Source of the DNA: a virus
Lineage: Duplodnaviria; Heunggongvirae; Uroviricota; Caudoviricetes
DNA length: 64,000 nt
IMG/VR virus record: IMGVR_UViG_3300028603_000019
Location: 3,877-67,876 of that record
Strand: one strand, 5' to 3'
The position numbers were made by a program, and so were the translations under genes. Under the pieces are notes generated by a model. The model was not told where the DNA came from. It made no database searches and saw only the letters and a list, made by a program, of their open reading frames with translations. Position 1 is the stretch's first letter. Every line of letters starts with the position of its first letter. Below are positions 8,721-18,756 of the stretch, in pieces.

Positions 8721-10475
8721 ATGAGACTGTTTGGTTTTGATATTAAGCGCGCCACGGACGACCAGGATCAGCCGAAATCATTTGTCGATCCTGTCAACGA
8801 TGATGGCGCACTGACAGTAGGAACTGCTCTCGGTGGCTCCTACGGGACGATCATCGACCTTGACGGCACGGCCAAATCGGAAGCGGAACTGGTTTCCAAA
8901 TACCGGTCAATGGCACTACAACCAGAAGTGCAACAGGCGATTGATGAAATTGTCAATGAAGCGATCAATGTTGATACCAATGAGCGTGTCGTTGGAGTGG
9001 TCTTGGACGACACGAAATTGTCGAACAAGCTCAAGGACAAGATCATCGAGGAATTTGATGAAATCCTACGCATGTTGGATTTCTCGAATCAGGCATATGA
9101 GATATTTCAACGCTGGTACGTCGATGGAAGAATCAACTATCATGCAGTAATCGACGAGAAAAATATCAAGAAGGGACTTGTTGAACTTCGATATATTGAT
9201 CCTAGGAAGATCAGGCTGATTCGCGAGATTGATCAAGAGAGGATGGATCCGAAAACCGGTATCAATCTCAAGAGGATCAAGAATGAATACTACATGTATT
9301 CGGAAATGGGGTTCAACTTCGGGGGTTCTTCCTCGTCGGCGACCAACGGCCTGAGAATTGCGAAGGATGCTATCGTTCGGGCGACCTCCGGAATCATGAA
9401 CGAGAACAACACCCTGGTGCTGTCTCATCTTCATGGTGCGATCAAGCCCATGAACCAGCTCCGACTGCTGGAAGATGCCACTATTATTTACACACTGACT
9501 CGGGCACCAGAGCGGCGGATATTTTACATCGACGTTGGTAACCTACCAAAGGCCAAGGCTGAACAATACCTTGCCGACATGATGGCCCGTCACAAGAACA
9601 AGCTCAACTACAATCCAGATACTGGTGAGGTCAATGATGCTCGTCGGTTCATGACGATGACTGAAGATTTCTGGTTCCCCAGGAGAGACGGTTCACGCCT
9701 GACGGAAATTGACACGCTTCCTGCCGGACAGGGTCTCGGAGACAACGAAAACCTGACCTATTTTCATCGAAAGTTGAACAAGGCCCTGAAGGTGCCAGTT
9801 TCACGCCTGGAACCCGAGGCGACATACACGTTTGGTCGTGTCAGTGAGATATCCCGAGACGAGGTGAAGTTCAGCAAATTCATACGCAGACTACGGACCA
9901 GATTTAGTATCCTATTTGATTCCTGTCTGGAAAAACAGCTTCTCCTGAAGGGCATCATGTCCCCGGAAGAATGGGATGATATCCGAGATCTTGTTCGCTA
10001 TGATTTCATGCGAGACAACTATTTCGAGGAACTCAAGCAGATGGAGATCCTCCGTGAGAAAATGGGGACCCTCCGTGAAGTTGAAGAACAGACTGGAAAA
10101 TACTTCTCACGTGCCTGGGTGAAAAGAAACGTCCTGTTCATGAGTAAAGATGAAGCTCGTGAAATCAAAGAGGAAATTGAACAGGAAAGGGCAGACGGAG
10201 AATATGATGATCCCAACACTGAAGGCGGCGGGGGATATGGGTATGACGGAGGGGGCGGATATCCTGATCAGCAACAACAACAACAACAGCCGTATCCTGG
10301 GCAAGATGAACCTCCGCAGGACGGAGAGGATGAGCCTCCACAAGATGATAACGACGGACAGGAAGTTCCTTCCGAAGGAGGAGAGGATGAAGCTCCACCG
10401 AGGGAAGAGTCTCGGCTGCTTCGGGAGACTCCGTTGAAACTAAATAAGATCAAGAAATATCGGAGACCCAAATGA
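8721..10475 (+). CDS. Portal vertex protein, T4 gp20-like, with a low-complexity C-terminal extension
   Basis: WYVDGR, YIDPRKI, RAPERRIFYIDVGNLPK, EDFWFPRR, ISRDEVKF motifs. Confidence 0.95.
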   Translation: MRLFGFDIKRATDDQDQPKSFVDPVNDDGALTVGTALGGSYGTIIDLDGTAKSEAELVSKYRSMALQPEVQQAIDEIVNEAINVDTNERVVGVVLDDTKLSNKLKDKIIEEFDEILRMLDFSNQAYEIFQRWYVDGRINYHAVIDEKNIKKGLVELRYIDPRKIRLIREIDQERMDPKTGINLKRIKNEYYMYSEMGFNFGGSSSSATNGLRIAKDAIVRATSGIMNENNTLVLSHLHGAIKPMNQLRLLEDATIIYTLTRAPERRIFYIDVGNLPKAKAEQYLADMMARHKNKLNYNPDTGEVNDARRFMTMTEDFWFPRRDGSRLTEIDTLPAGQGLGDNENLTYFHRKLNKALKVPVSRLEPEATYTFGRVSEISRDEVKFSKFIRRLRTRFSILFDSCLEKQLLLKGIMSPEEWDDIRDLVRYDFMRDNYFEELKQMEILREKMGTLREVEEQTGKYFSRAWVKRNVLFMSKDEAREIKEEIEQERADGEYDDPNTEGGGGYGYDGGGGYPDQQQQQQQPYPGQDEPPQDGEDEPPQDDNDGQEVPSEGGEDEAPPREESRLLRETPLKLNKIKKYRRPK

Positions 10476-11950
10476 AAACCTTTCGCCAATTCATGAATGA
10501 AGTTGAGGAACCGCGTTCCGAAGATGAGAAGGCATTCAAGGTCAAGCATGTGATTCAGAAGCATGATTATCCCGTTGACGGCACTGAAGATCAATTCGTG
10601 GCAAAAACTGACAAGAAGCCTCGTCCAGCCGACTATGTAGATGATGAGGACAAAGAGGTCTATGAGTCTGCGATCAAGCGTGTAATTCGAAATAAATTCA
10701 AGCTCGCGGAAGTATTCAAAGGTGTTGAACCACATGGTGGTGACTTTGGAGACGATGAAGATTCCCACGTTGAATACAAGAAGGGAAATCTGAAGCAGAG
10801 TGAAAAGCCGGATGATCCGGTTTGGCCGAAGCCGCTGGAACCGGTCGGCGGAAAATTCGGTTCGACTTCGACCACATTTGCGAGCTACAAGGCTCAGAAT
10901 AATCGTTCAGATGAGAAGCTGGAAGATGAGCATCTAACCGAAGGTGCCAGACTCGATCTTTCACGCCATGAGCGGTCTCACGGTAAAAAGAGACCACGCG
11001 GATATGGAACGTGGTTTTTTACAACTATGGAACGCGGTGAACCAGACGAGGGTGAATATCGGACCTTTAGTGGTAATTTCTCGGTAGCGTCCAAACAGGC
11101 ACGTGAATGGGCATTCAAGAAGGGCGCACATACGGTTTATCTTATGGAAGATGTGAATGAAGACGGCCACGCCTATGCCCAGGGGATGGCTGCCGCTAAA
11201 GAAATTCACGATGATGAACCGCCACTTGAGAAAAAGACCATCAAGACGGCCCACAAGATCGCCAAGAGGATTTTGGCAAATGAAGCCAAATCTCCAGAGG
11301 CACTACGCCTTGCTGCAATTAGAGCGGCAATGAAAACTCCACAACCAAATAGGCCCACAAAGAATAAGAAAGTCGGACCAAAATTCGGAGATAGTGATCC
11401 AAAATCATACCGGGCTTATCCTCTCAAAGAGGAAGATGTGCTCGTTGAAGGCCGTGGAAACTCACCTCGGTGGGGCGTTGAGAAGGTTCCTTCTGTCTGG
11501 ATACACAAGATGCCGAGCTCCATGTCCAACTCGATCACTGGATATGAGATGAACAAGGATGGACGACGTGAAATTGATAGATTTGAATTCAATAGAAAAT
11601 TGAATCAGTCAGAGATAAATTTATTGAGTTCAATTACAGGTAAACATGTTAATTTGATTTTCGTGCAAGGGAAGTCTTTCCAGTATTCTGCCAAGCCGTT
11701 GAATGAAGGAACAAAATCCTTCGGTCAGTTCATCGCTGAAGCGTATCAACTCCTCGATGAAAACTTCAAGCAAGGAAGTCTGAAACTGAAAGACGGAAGT
11801 TCAGTCTCTGTTTCTCGGCAGGATGCTTCCCTCTTGAATCAGATGTTCAAGGACTTGAACCCAGGAAATAAGAAGCGGATGATGGACGTGGCAATGACTG
11901 ATAAGGCTGGGTTCGAGGAAATCCTTGGTTTCGCAAAGGAGGCACTGTAA
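10472..11950 (+). CDS. Prohead core / internal head polyprotein (gp67/gp68 position)
   Basis: Starts MKTFRQFMNE (capsid-targeting-like); many L/I-x-E sites; lies between portal and protease genes. Confidence 0.6.
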   Translation: MKTFRQFMNEVEEPRSEDEKAFKVKHVIQKHDYPVDGTEDQFVAKTDKKPRPADYVDDEDKEVYESAIKRVIRNKFKLAEVFKGVEPHGGDFGDDEDSHVEYKKGNLKQSEKPDDPVWPKPLEPVGGKFGSTSTTFASYKAQNNRSDEKLEDEHLTEGARLDLSRHERSHGKKRPRGYGTWFFTTMERGEPDEGEYRTFSGNFSVASKQAREWAFKKGAHTVYLMEDVNEDGHAYAQGMAAAKEIHDDEPPLEKKTIKTAHKIAKRILANEAKSPEALRLAAIRAAMKTPQPNRPTKNKKVGPKFGDSDPKSYRAYPLKEEDVLVEGRGNSPRWGVEKVPSVWIHKMPSSMSNSITGYEMNKDGRREIDRFEFNRKLNQSEINLLSSITGKHVNLIFVQGKSFQYSAKPLNEGTKSFGQFIAEAYQLLDENFKQGSLKLKDGSSVSVSRQDASLLNQMFKDLNPGNKKRMMDVAMTDKAGFEEILGFAKEAL

Positions 11951-11951
11951 C

Positions 11952-12632
11952 ATGGCCCTACTCATAACAGAAGTCTTCAACGAGGATTGTGAAGTCCTAA
12001 CGGAAGCTACTGAAGACGGCAAAAAGAATTACTACATTGAAGGAATCTTCATGCAGGCCGGACTCAAGAATCGGAACGGTCGTATTTATCCTGTTCCGAT
12101 TCTCGAAAGAGAACTGAAGCGATACGATGAACAATTCATCAAGACCAAGCGAGCACTCGGAGAACTTGGTCATCCTAATGGTCCTCAGATTAATGGCGAC
12201 CGCGTCTGCCATCTTGTAACTGAAATGAAACAAGATGGCTCCAACTTCTACGGGAAGGCCAAAATCCTTGGCACCCCAATGGGCAATATCGTGAAGACAT
12301 TCGTTGATGAAGGTGTCCGAATCGGGGTTTCCACGCGGGGTATGGGTTCAGTGAATAACAAGAACGGGATCATGGAAGTCGCCTCGGATTATCATATGGC
12401 CTGTATCGACGTTGTAACAGACCCATCTGGTCCCGATTGCTTTGTAAACGGGATCATGGAGAACACGCAGTATTTCTATGATATTGCTTCCGGAACCTGG
12501 AGAGCACAAGAACTCATCGAGGATACCGTGAAGGAAATCAAGCAGGAATACAAGGCAACCGTCAGAAAGACCATCGATGAAGCCAAGGCAATTCGAGTCT
12601 TTGAGAAATTTGTACAGAACCTTCGGGACTAA
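11952..12632 (+). CDS. Prohead protease, T4 gp21-like
   Basis: YIEGIFMQ, NRNGRIYP, ALGELGHP, GVSTRGMGS, DVVTDPS motifs; ATG at 11952 preferred. Confidence 0.95.
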   Translation: MALLITEVFNEDCEVLTEATEDGKKNYYIEGIFMQAGLKNRNGRIYPVPILERELKRYDEQFIKTKRALGELGHPNGPQINGDRVCHLVTEMKQDGSNFYGKAKILGTPMGNIVKTFVDEGVRIGVSTRGMGSVNNKNGIMEVASDYHMACIDVVTDPSGPDCFVNGIMENTQYFYDIASGTWRAQELIEDTVKEIKQEYKATVRKTIDEAKAIRVFEKFVQNLRD

Positions 12633-12641
12633 GAGAGAGAA

Positions 12642-12872
12642 ATGGATTATCTAAAAGAAGCTGTTGAACAAAAATTCACAGAGCTACTTGAAGCCCGCAA
12701 ACCCGGCCGCTATGCTCATATGAGTCGATCCGAACTGGAACATGAGATTGATGCGGAAAGTGCATATCTCGCCAGGGAACGCGGCCGTGGATGGGTAGAT
12801 CGTGAAGCCGAGAACAATATTCGCGCAATGAAGAGGCAACTCCAGAAATTGATAACGACCAAGCCGTCTTGA
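12642..12872 (+). CDS. Small hypothetical head-module protein
   Basis: RBS plus 76-aa ORF between gp21 and gp22; contains LLE|A. Confidence 0.6.
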   Translation: MDYLKEAVEQKFTELLEARKPGRYAHMSRSELEHEIDAESAYLARERGRGWVDREAENNIRAMKRQLQKLITTKPS

Positions 12873-12944
12873 TCGGTCAGCGAATCGCCGAAAAACTTTT
12901 TGACTAAATAACTACAGAATATCCAATCGAGGAGAATACACATC

Positions 12945-13889
12945 ATGGCAGAGAAGAAATTTGTCTCTGATGATCAATACTCAGAAGTTGATCAGCCTGT
13001 TGAGCCAGTTGGCGGCAAGGCCAAGCAAAGCCAAACCGGCGCTGATCTCAAAACTGAAGTTGATCCAGAGGCCGAGAAGATCGTCCAGAAGGCAGATGGA
13101 ACTGCCGAGAAGAAAGATGAGCTTGGGGAATCTTTCCTCGACCTCTTCGAAGGTGCCGATCTTTCGGAAGACTTCAAGGACCGGGCTACCCTGATTTTTG
13201 AAGCCGCAGTCACGGAAGCAGTTGCTCAACGCTCGGAAGACATCGTGGCAACCATGACCGAGGAATTCAATACCAAGCTTGAAGAAGCTGTTCAAGAACA
13301 AGTTACAGTTCTTCAAGAAGGTCTTGATGCCTACATGGACCTGATTACCAAAGAGTGGCTGGAAGAAAACAAGCTTGCTGTCGAATCTTCAGTCAAGGTA
13401 GAAATGGCCGAATCTCTCATGGAAGGTCTCAAGAACCTCTTTGAGGAGCATAACATCGATATTTCCGAAGAAACAGTCGATGTAGTCCGGGAACTTGAGG
13501 AAGAAACTGAAGCTCTCCGTGCAGAGGCCAACAAGCGGATCAACGAGGCTGTGGAACTTCGCCATGACCTTCAAGTTCTCCGTGCCGAAAAAGTCTTTGC
13601 TGAAGTTGCCGAGGGTCTTACCGTTGGTCAGGCCGAGCGCCTTCGCACTCTTTCCGAGAACTTGAAAGTTTCCGATCTGGATGCATATGCCAAGTCAATC
13701 TCCACCTTGAAAGAGTCCTTCTTCAAGAAAGAGAAACTGGTAGTTGAAGCCAGGAAGGATACCCTCGACGAACTGGAAGATCCAGCCCTCGTTGAATCGA
13801 CCGAGACACGGCCCGCTCCAAAGTCTCATCATGAAGACGTCAATGCCATCGCGGGTATCCTCCGCGGTACAAGAAACCAAAAATACTAA
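12945..13889 (+). CDS. Prohead scaffolding protein, T4 gp22-like
   Basis: Acidic coiled coil; LSEDFK..ATLIFEAAV, EWLEENKLAVE, LKESFF motifs. Confidence 0.9.
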   Translation: MAEKKFVSDDQYSEVDQPVEPVGGKAKQSQTGADLKTEVDPEAEKIVQKADGTAEKKDELGESFLDLFEGADLSEDFKDRATLIFEAAVTEAVAQRSEDIVATMTEEFNTKLEEAVQEQVTVLQEGLDAYMDLITKEWLEENKLAVESSVKVEMAESLMEGLKNLFEEHNIDISEETVDVVRELEEETEALRAEANKRINEAVELRHDLQVLRAEKVFAEVAEGLTVGQAERLRTLSENLKVSDLDAYAKSISTLKESFFKKEKLVVEARKDTLDELEDPALVESTETRPAPKSHHEDVNAIAGILRGTRNQKY

Positions 13890-13926
13890 TTACCATTAGA
13901 CAATAAAGACCTAAGAGGAGACTCCG

Positions 13927-15234
13927 ATGAGTTCATACAGTGAACTAAGAGAAAAGTGGGCACCAGTTCTCGAACATGATGATTTTGAGAGCATCGGTGA
14001 TTCACACAAGAAAAACGTTACCGCGCGGATTCTTGAGAACACCATTCATGCCCTTCGCGAAAGCCGCGACGGCAACGTGAATATGCTCAACGAATCTCCA
14101 ACCACTGCTGCCGGAACCGGTGGTTTTGGTGGGTCCGCTGCGGCAGCAGGACCAGTCGCTGGTTATGATCCAATTCTGATCAGCCTTGTCCGTCGTGCAA
14201 TGCCAAACCTGATTGCATATGACATTTGTGGCGTCCAGCCCATGACCGGTCCTACCGGACTGATCTTCGCGCTTCGCTCTAAATACAATACAATGGCCGG
14301 CAACACTTCCGTTGAAGCCTTCTACAACGAAGCTGACACTGCCTTTGCTGGTACCGGCACCCACGGAACTCCGTTCCCAGGTTCTACCGCAGTAGCTGTC
14401 GACACCGGCACCGGGATGACCACTGGCGCTGCCGAAGGCCTTGGCTACAATAGTTCCGAGTTCAACGAAATGACCTTCTCAATCGAAAAGGTCGCCGTTG
14501 AAGCAAGGACCCGCGCCCTGAAAGCTGAGTATTCCACCGAGTTTGCTCAGGACCTCAAGGCAGTCCACGGTCTGGATGCAGAGTCCGAACTTTCCAACAT
14601 CATTTCTTCCGAAATTCTGGCAGAAATCAACCGGGAAGTTGTCCGCACCATCTTTAACACTGCCGTTGTTGGTGCAGCTGACACTGCCGCTGCAGGTATC
14701 TTTGACCTTGACGTCGACTCAAACGGTCGTTGGTCAGAGGAAAAGTTCAAGGGTCTCATGTTCCAAATCGAACGTGAAGCAAACGCGATTGCCAAAGCAA
14801 CTCGTCGCGGAAAGGGTAACATCGTTATCTGTTCTTCCGACGTGGCATCCGCACTGCAAATGGCAGGCATCCTGTCCTATGCACCGGCCCTGAACAGCAA
14901 CAACCTGCAAGTGGACGACACGGGTAATACCTTTGCTGGTATTCTCAACGGTCGCTACCGCGTCTACATTGACCCATATGGCATGACCAACTACTGTGTC
15001 GTGGGTTACAAAGGCTCCAATGCCTTCGACGCCGGCATCTTTTACTGCCCATATGTGCCGCTACAGATGGCACGCGCAGTCGGGGAGAACAACTTTGCGC
15101 CACGCATTGGATTCAAATCTCGCTACGGTCTCGTGGCAAATCCATTCGCTTCTGGCGCAACCCAAGGTATGGGTGGATTGACCAGCAATGCCAACGTTTA
15201 CTACCGCAAGATGATGGTAAACAACCTGCTTTAA
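13927..15234 (+). CDS. Major capsid protein, T4 gp23-like
   Basis: DPILISLVRRAMPNLIAYDICGVQPM, RALKAEYS.E.AQDLKAVHGLDAE, FYCPYVPL motifs. Confidence 0.97.
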   Translation: MSSYSELREKWAPVLEHDDFESIGDSHKKNVTARILENTIHALRESRDGNVNMLNESPTTAAGTGGFGGSAAAAGPVAGYDPILISLVRRAMPNLIAYDICGVQPMTGPTGLIFALRSKYNTMAGNTSVEAFYNEADTAFAGTGTHGTPFPGSTAVAVDTGTGMTTGAAEGLGYNSSEFNEMTFSIEKVAVEARTRALKAEYSTEFAQDLKAVHGLDAESELSNIISSEILAEINREVVRTIFNTAVVGAADTAAAGIFDLDVDSNGRWSEEKFKGLMFQIEREANAIAKATRRGKGNIVICSSDVASALQMAGILSYAPALNSNNLQVDDTGNTFAGILNGRYRVYIDPYGMTNYCVVGYKGSNAFDAGIFYCPYVPLQMARAVGENNFAPRIGFKSRYGLVANPFASGATQGMGGLTSNANVYYRKMMVNNLL

Positions 15235-15264
15235 TCAATAAAAACGGATCAAACCGTCAACTTC

Positions 15265-15293
15265 AGGCCGGAGATTAACTTCTCCGGCCTTTT
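15265..15293 (+). terminator. Rho-independent terminator after the capsid gene
   Basis: AGGCCGGAGA-TTAACT-TCTCCGGCCT followed by a T run. Confidence 0.85.
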
Positions 15294-15296
15294 GTC

Positions 15297-15617
15297 TTTG
15301 TCCAGACCAGAATTAGTTTCCTGGCTGAGGAGCGGGACGTTCCCGTCTCCTTTGTCAGTCCAGCCTACACGTCCCAAACGTGTAGCAAATGCGGGCATAG
15401 GCAGAAAGAAAATCGCCAAGGCGAACATTTCTGCTGCCTATCTTGCGGACATGACATTGATGCCGACTTGAATGCATCAATGAATATCCTCAGGCGAGGG
15501 AATCATAGTCCCCACGGTCACCAAAGTCCGTTATATTGATGGACAACTATTTCTCCTAAAATTCTCTATTCTTCAGGAAAGAGGACTATCAATGCTTTTA
15601 GCCTGATGGTTGGTGAC
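15297..15617 (+). pseudogene. tnpB: TnpB (IS200/IS605) C-terminal remnant with downstream right-end region
   Basis: Manual translation of 15297-15539: FVQTRISFLAEERDVPVSFVSPAYTSQTCSKCGH...CLSCGHDIDADLNASMNILRRG (zinc ribbon plus RuvC-III D-x-N-A); no start codon; putative end GGTTGGTGAC at 15617. Confidence 0.85.
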
Positions 15618-15651
15618 TCTAACTCATTTCCCAATTTCTGTCAATTCCCCA

Positions 15652-15699
15652 GTGAACTACCGGCAAACTGAAGACTTGCCGGTTTTGGATCACGTCCTT
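15652..15699 (-). mobile_element. Second IS200/IS605-type right end, convergent with the TnpB remnant
   Basis: CCGGCAAG-TCTTCAG-TTTGCCGG-TAGTTCAC; 37/40 nt match to 56558-56597. Confidence 0.6.
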
Positions 15700-15918
15700 A
15701 GATAAATCCGTGAACAACTGTGGGGTGGGAACAAATCCACTGTGATGAGCACCTCTGATCAGGATGCACAACCTGTTCAACTCCTGAAGATAATCGTCCG
15801 ATTTCATGGCCACAAGACTTCTTCAAGATTATCCGCGTGAAAGGTCAAAATAATCATTAGTAGATTGCGACATAGTTGACTTGCCGCACCTCTTCATCGA
15901 AAATGACAATACGAGATT

Positions 15919-16221
15919 TTAGTCCAGATATTGTTCCGGTTGGTGGTCCCAGAATTCCTGCGCATTCAGTATATAGGATCTAATGATTGTCTTGGGGTAT
16001 TGGCACAGATACTCAAGTAGGGCACAAAGAGCAGCCTGACTTCTTGTTTCGCCATAGCCCCATACAGTTCCTATCTCGTCGGCAATCGATGCAGTGAATT
16101 TGGAATCTTTCTCACAATCCGATGGACTTATGGTGAGATCGGCCACCTCTCCTTCATCGAGATAATCCATAAGAATGTACACAACATCATCTTCCGAGCC
16201 ATGAAAGGCCCGGATTGCCAT
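15919..16221 (-). CDS. Hypothetical protein, paralog of the neighbouring gene
   Basis: RAFHGSEDDV vs RAYHGSRDDV; true start unclear. Confidence 0.55.
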   Translation of the reverse strand: MAIRAFHGSEDDVVYILMDYLDEGEVADLTISPSDCEKDSKFTASIADEIGTVWGYGETRSQAALCALLEYLCQYPKTIIRSYILNAQEFWDHQPEQYLD

Positions 16222-16304
16222 GATAGCATGATCAAGCCTCGAGAAAATGCCCCGAAACCTCCATTTTGAATATCCGATATGATCTTCTGAATATCCATGT
16301 TCAA

Positions 16305-16703
16305 CTAGCTATGCAGGATTTTCACAAATTTTGAAATAGGCCCGGCCACATGATCGAATATTGCGTAAAGTCCGGCCTGTCCTGCGTTCTGGAAATAAGG
16401 AGAAGCCCCGAGAGTTACTGATCCGGAAACGGTATTCACGATAATCGACGTTCGTACAAGAATACCATTTTCTGATTGAGATTGTGTGAAATAGGAGACG
16501 GAGACGGTCTCCAAAGGTTTCGCCGAAACAAGACTGTTCACGAGAAATTGAACATCATCACGTGAACCGTGATATGCCCGATATGACATGAAGACCGTCC
16601 TTAAGCCGGGGAATATTCCAGTCTTCATTAACTCATCGGGGCTGATGTCACCATATGTCTGAAGATTGACACTGGCCCTAAGATCGGATGCGGTCAGTGT
16701 CAT
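16305..16703 (-). CDS. Hypothetical protein
   Basis: ORF; ATG of MTLTAS overlaps the upstream TGA. Confidence 0.55.
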   Translation of the reverse strand: MTLTASDLRASVNLQTYGDISPDELMKTGIFPGLRTVFMSYRAYHGSRDDVQFLVNSLVSAKPLETVSVSYFTQSQSENGILVRTSIIVNTVSGSVTLGASPYFQNAGQAGLYAIFDHVAGPISKFVKILHS

Positions 16704-16894
16704 TGGTAGCTTTCCACATACTCTACCCATTTGTTCAGTGACCACGAGTTGAAGCTGTTCATGTAGACGGATGCGGGGACCGTGTCCAGATTGACATGAT
16801 CCCCTTCCTCGATAAAATAGATGTATCCGTCGCCCTTGTAAGCGGCGATTTTGTATTTGACAATACGGCGGTTCAGTTGAGCGACGGTGGCCAT
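16700..16894 (-). CDS. Hypothetical protein
   Basis: 64-aa ORF with RBS. Confidence 0.6.
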   Translation of the reverse strand: MATVAQLNRRIVKYKIAAYKGDGYIYFIEEGDHVNLDTVPASVYMNSFNSWSLNKWVEYVESYQ

Positions 16895-17822
16895 GGATCG
16901 GTTACCCCTTGGGCTTCTCTTGAGATTATCCTAACTCATACGGTCGTTCTTGTCAACCCCAAACTTTAGCAGGTCTTCCTTCCGAACCGAACAAGTTTTC
17001 AGATGTTCCTCGGATGGATCAATATTCGGCAACCCCAGAATTTCAAGCTCCTTACCATCTCCCCATCGAAAATAACCAACAGATTTGCCCAGAGGATGAT
17101 CGGCTTCTTTGATGAAAATATCCACGTGGTTATCAACGCTCAAATACTCTAGAACATCTTCGGCATTCATGTAGTCTTGCTTCAGATGTTTGATCACTTC
17201 CGAATCTACCGCACCATGTTGCCAAACAGGATGTCCACCCGGATCAATTTCCGTCACATGATGAATGGGAATCCGAAGATAGTCCTTAAGACCTTGACCC
17301 GGTCGCTCCACAAAGAAATTGACCTTTGTCAGGCCGTGTACCACACGTTGGCAGTTTCCATGACTTCCTCGACCGTGCGATGGAGGGTATATGGCGTCGG
17401 ATGTTCCCACTCCGCCTTCCAGCCTTTCCGGCGAAGTTCACGCCGGGCATCGGACATCACATCGGGGTCCAGAAAGGTGAATTTCAGTTTGTCGCCATTC
17501 GGGGCTTCCACAACCATCTGATAGAACACGTCGTACTTCTTGGCCATTGTCTTAGTCTCCTCAGTAGGTCTTGCGATCTTTGAACACGGCATTCGGAAAG
17601 ATTTTCTCCAGCGCCGTCTGGATATGCCCATCGGTCACGTCGCGATCGACATAGGCTTCTCGGGTGATGCCCGCACGGTGGGCAATGGTCCAGGCATCCA
17701 CCCCGCTCTGCACCAGAGCGGCATCTTGCCAAGGAAGATTCTCATGGAACCACTGATTGACTTGATCTTTCCAGCGGTTCACGGTTTCGGTATCAAACTT
17801 CGGCATGGTTCTCTTCCCTCTT

Positions 17823-18107
17823 TCAGAACGTGAAGAAGTTTTCGTTGGCGACGACCCCGAAGTATCCGCCAACCCCGCGGGCCAGCATCTCGGTCATATC
17901 GAAACCGATCACCCAGCGACCCCAGGCTTCGTTATAGGCGACGATGTAGCGCATCGGGCGCTCTTGTTCGAAGTAGTTAGCGAACCGGACGGAGTATTCT
18001 TCGGCGACTTTCTCAGCGCGGGCTTCGGTCGCGTAGGACTTGCAGGGCGACTTGGTTTCTTTGCGGTAGTCTTCGATGCGGGCGATGAGGCTTTTGGTCA
18101 GGTTCAT
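17823..18107 (-). CDS. Hypothetical early protein
   Basis: Follows an early promoter; GC-rich codon use. Confidence 0.65.
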   Translation of the reverse strand: MNLTKSLIARIEDYRKETKSPCKSYATEARAEKVAEEYSVRFANYFEQERPMRYIVAYNEAWGRWVIGFDMTEMLARGVGGYFGVVANENFFTF

Positions 18108-18145
18108 GGCTCGGGTCGCTTTCTATCTAAACTCTGCTTAATAGT

Positions 18146-18174
18146 AACCTATACCATTCCGACAGATCGGTCAA
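18146..18174 (-). promoter_or_regulatory. sigma70-like early promoter
   Basis: TTGACC-17-TAGGTT. Confidence 0.55.
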
Positions 18175-18200
18175 CCCGTTTGGAGACAATTTTTGAAAAA

Positions 18201-18755
18201 TTAGGAAAGAATCTTCAGTAGGGACTCCTTGAGATCCTCGACGGATCCGTTGTTGATCACTTCATGATCAAAGCTCATCTCATCGACCGCTGTCTCCGAG
18301 ATATGTCCCGAGACTTCAATGTCCTCTTGGATACCCGGCCGAATAATCTTGATCATCGTTGCGCCGAGGTCTTCCAGAATGGCTTGTTCATGAGGAAACC
18401 GAAAATCACTACAGACGATATTGTGTCCACGGACCCGAAGAGATTTGATCCTGTCCACAAACATGCCTGTCCATAGATCGGTGCCTATCATGTCCCGCCA
18501 TTCGGTTCCCAAAGTCTGCATGGCATATCTCGGAGTCTTGTCAAGGAGCCACATACAAGGAACTTCTTTCAGGTCTCCTTCAATCTTCCTCTCGATGATA
18601 TCTGAATCTACCCCACAAGTGTGATACATGGCACGGAGCATGTTCTTGAGAGGATCTGCAAATTTGACGTCCGTATATCCAAACTCATCAACGAGAATTT
18701 TGGCGGCCGTGGATTTCCCAGAGAATCTCCGGCCCGAAAAGGCTACTATCTTCAA
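18201..18755 (-). CDS. Deoxynucleoside monophosphate kinase (T4 gp1-like)
   Basis: GRRFSGKST P-loop, FADPLK, PRYAMQTLGTEW, SDFRFPHE, HISE motifs. Confidence 0.9.
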   Translation of the reverse strand: MKIVAFSGRRFSGKSTAAKILVDEFGYTDVKFADPLKNMLRAMYHTCGVDSDIIERKIEGDLKEVPCMWLLDKTPRYAMQTLGTEWRDMIGTDLWTGMFVDRIKSLRVRGHNIVCSDFRFPHEQAILEDLGATMIKIIRPGIQEDIEVSGHISETAVDEMSFDHEVINNGSVEDLKESLLKILS

Positions 18756-18756
18756 T

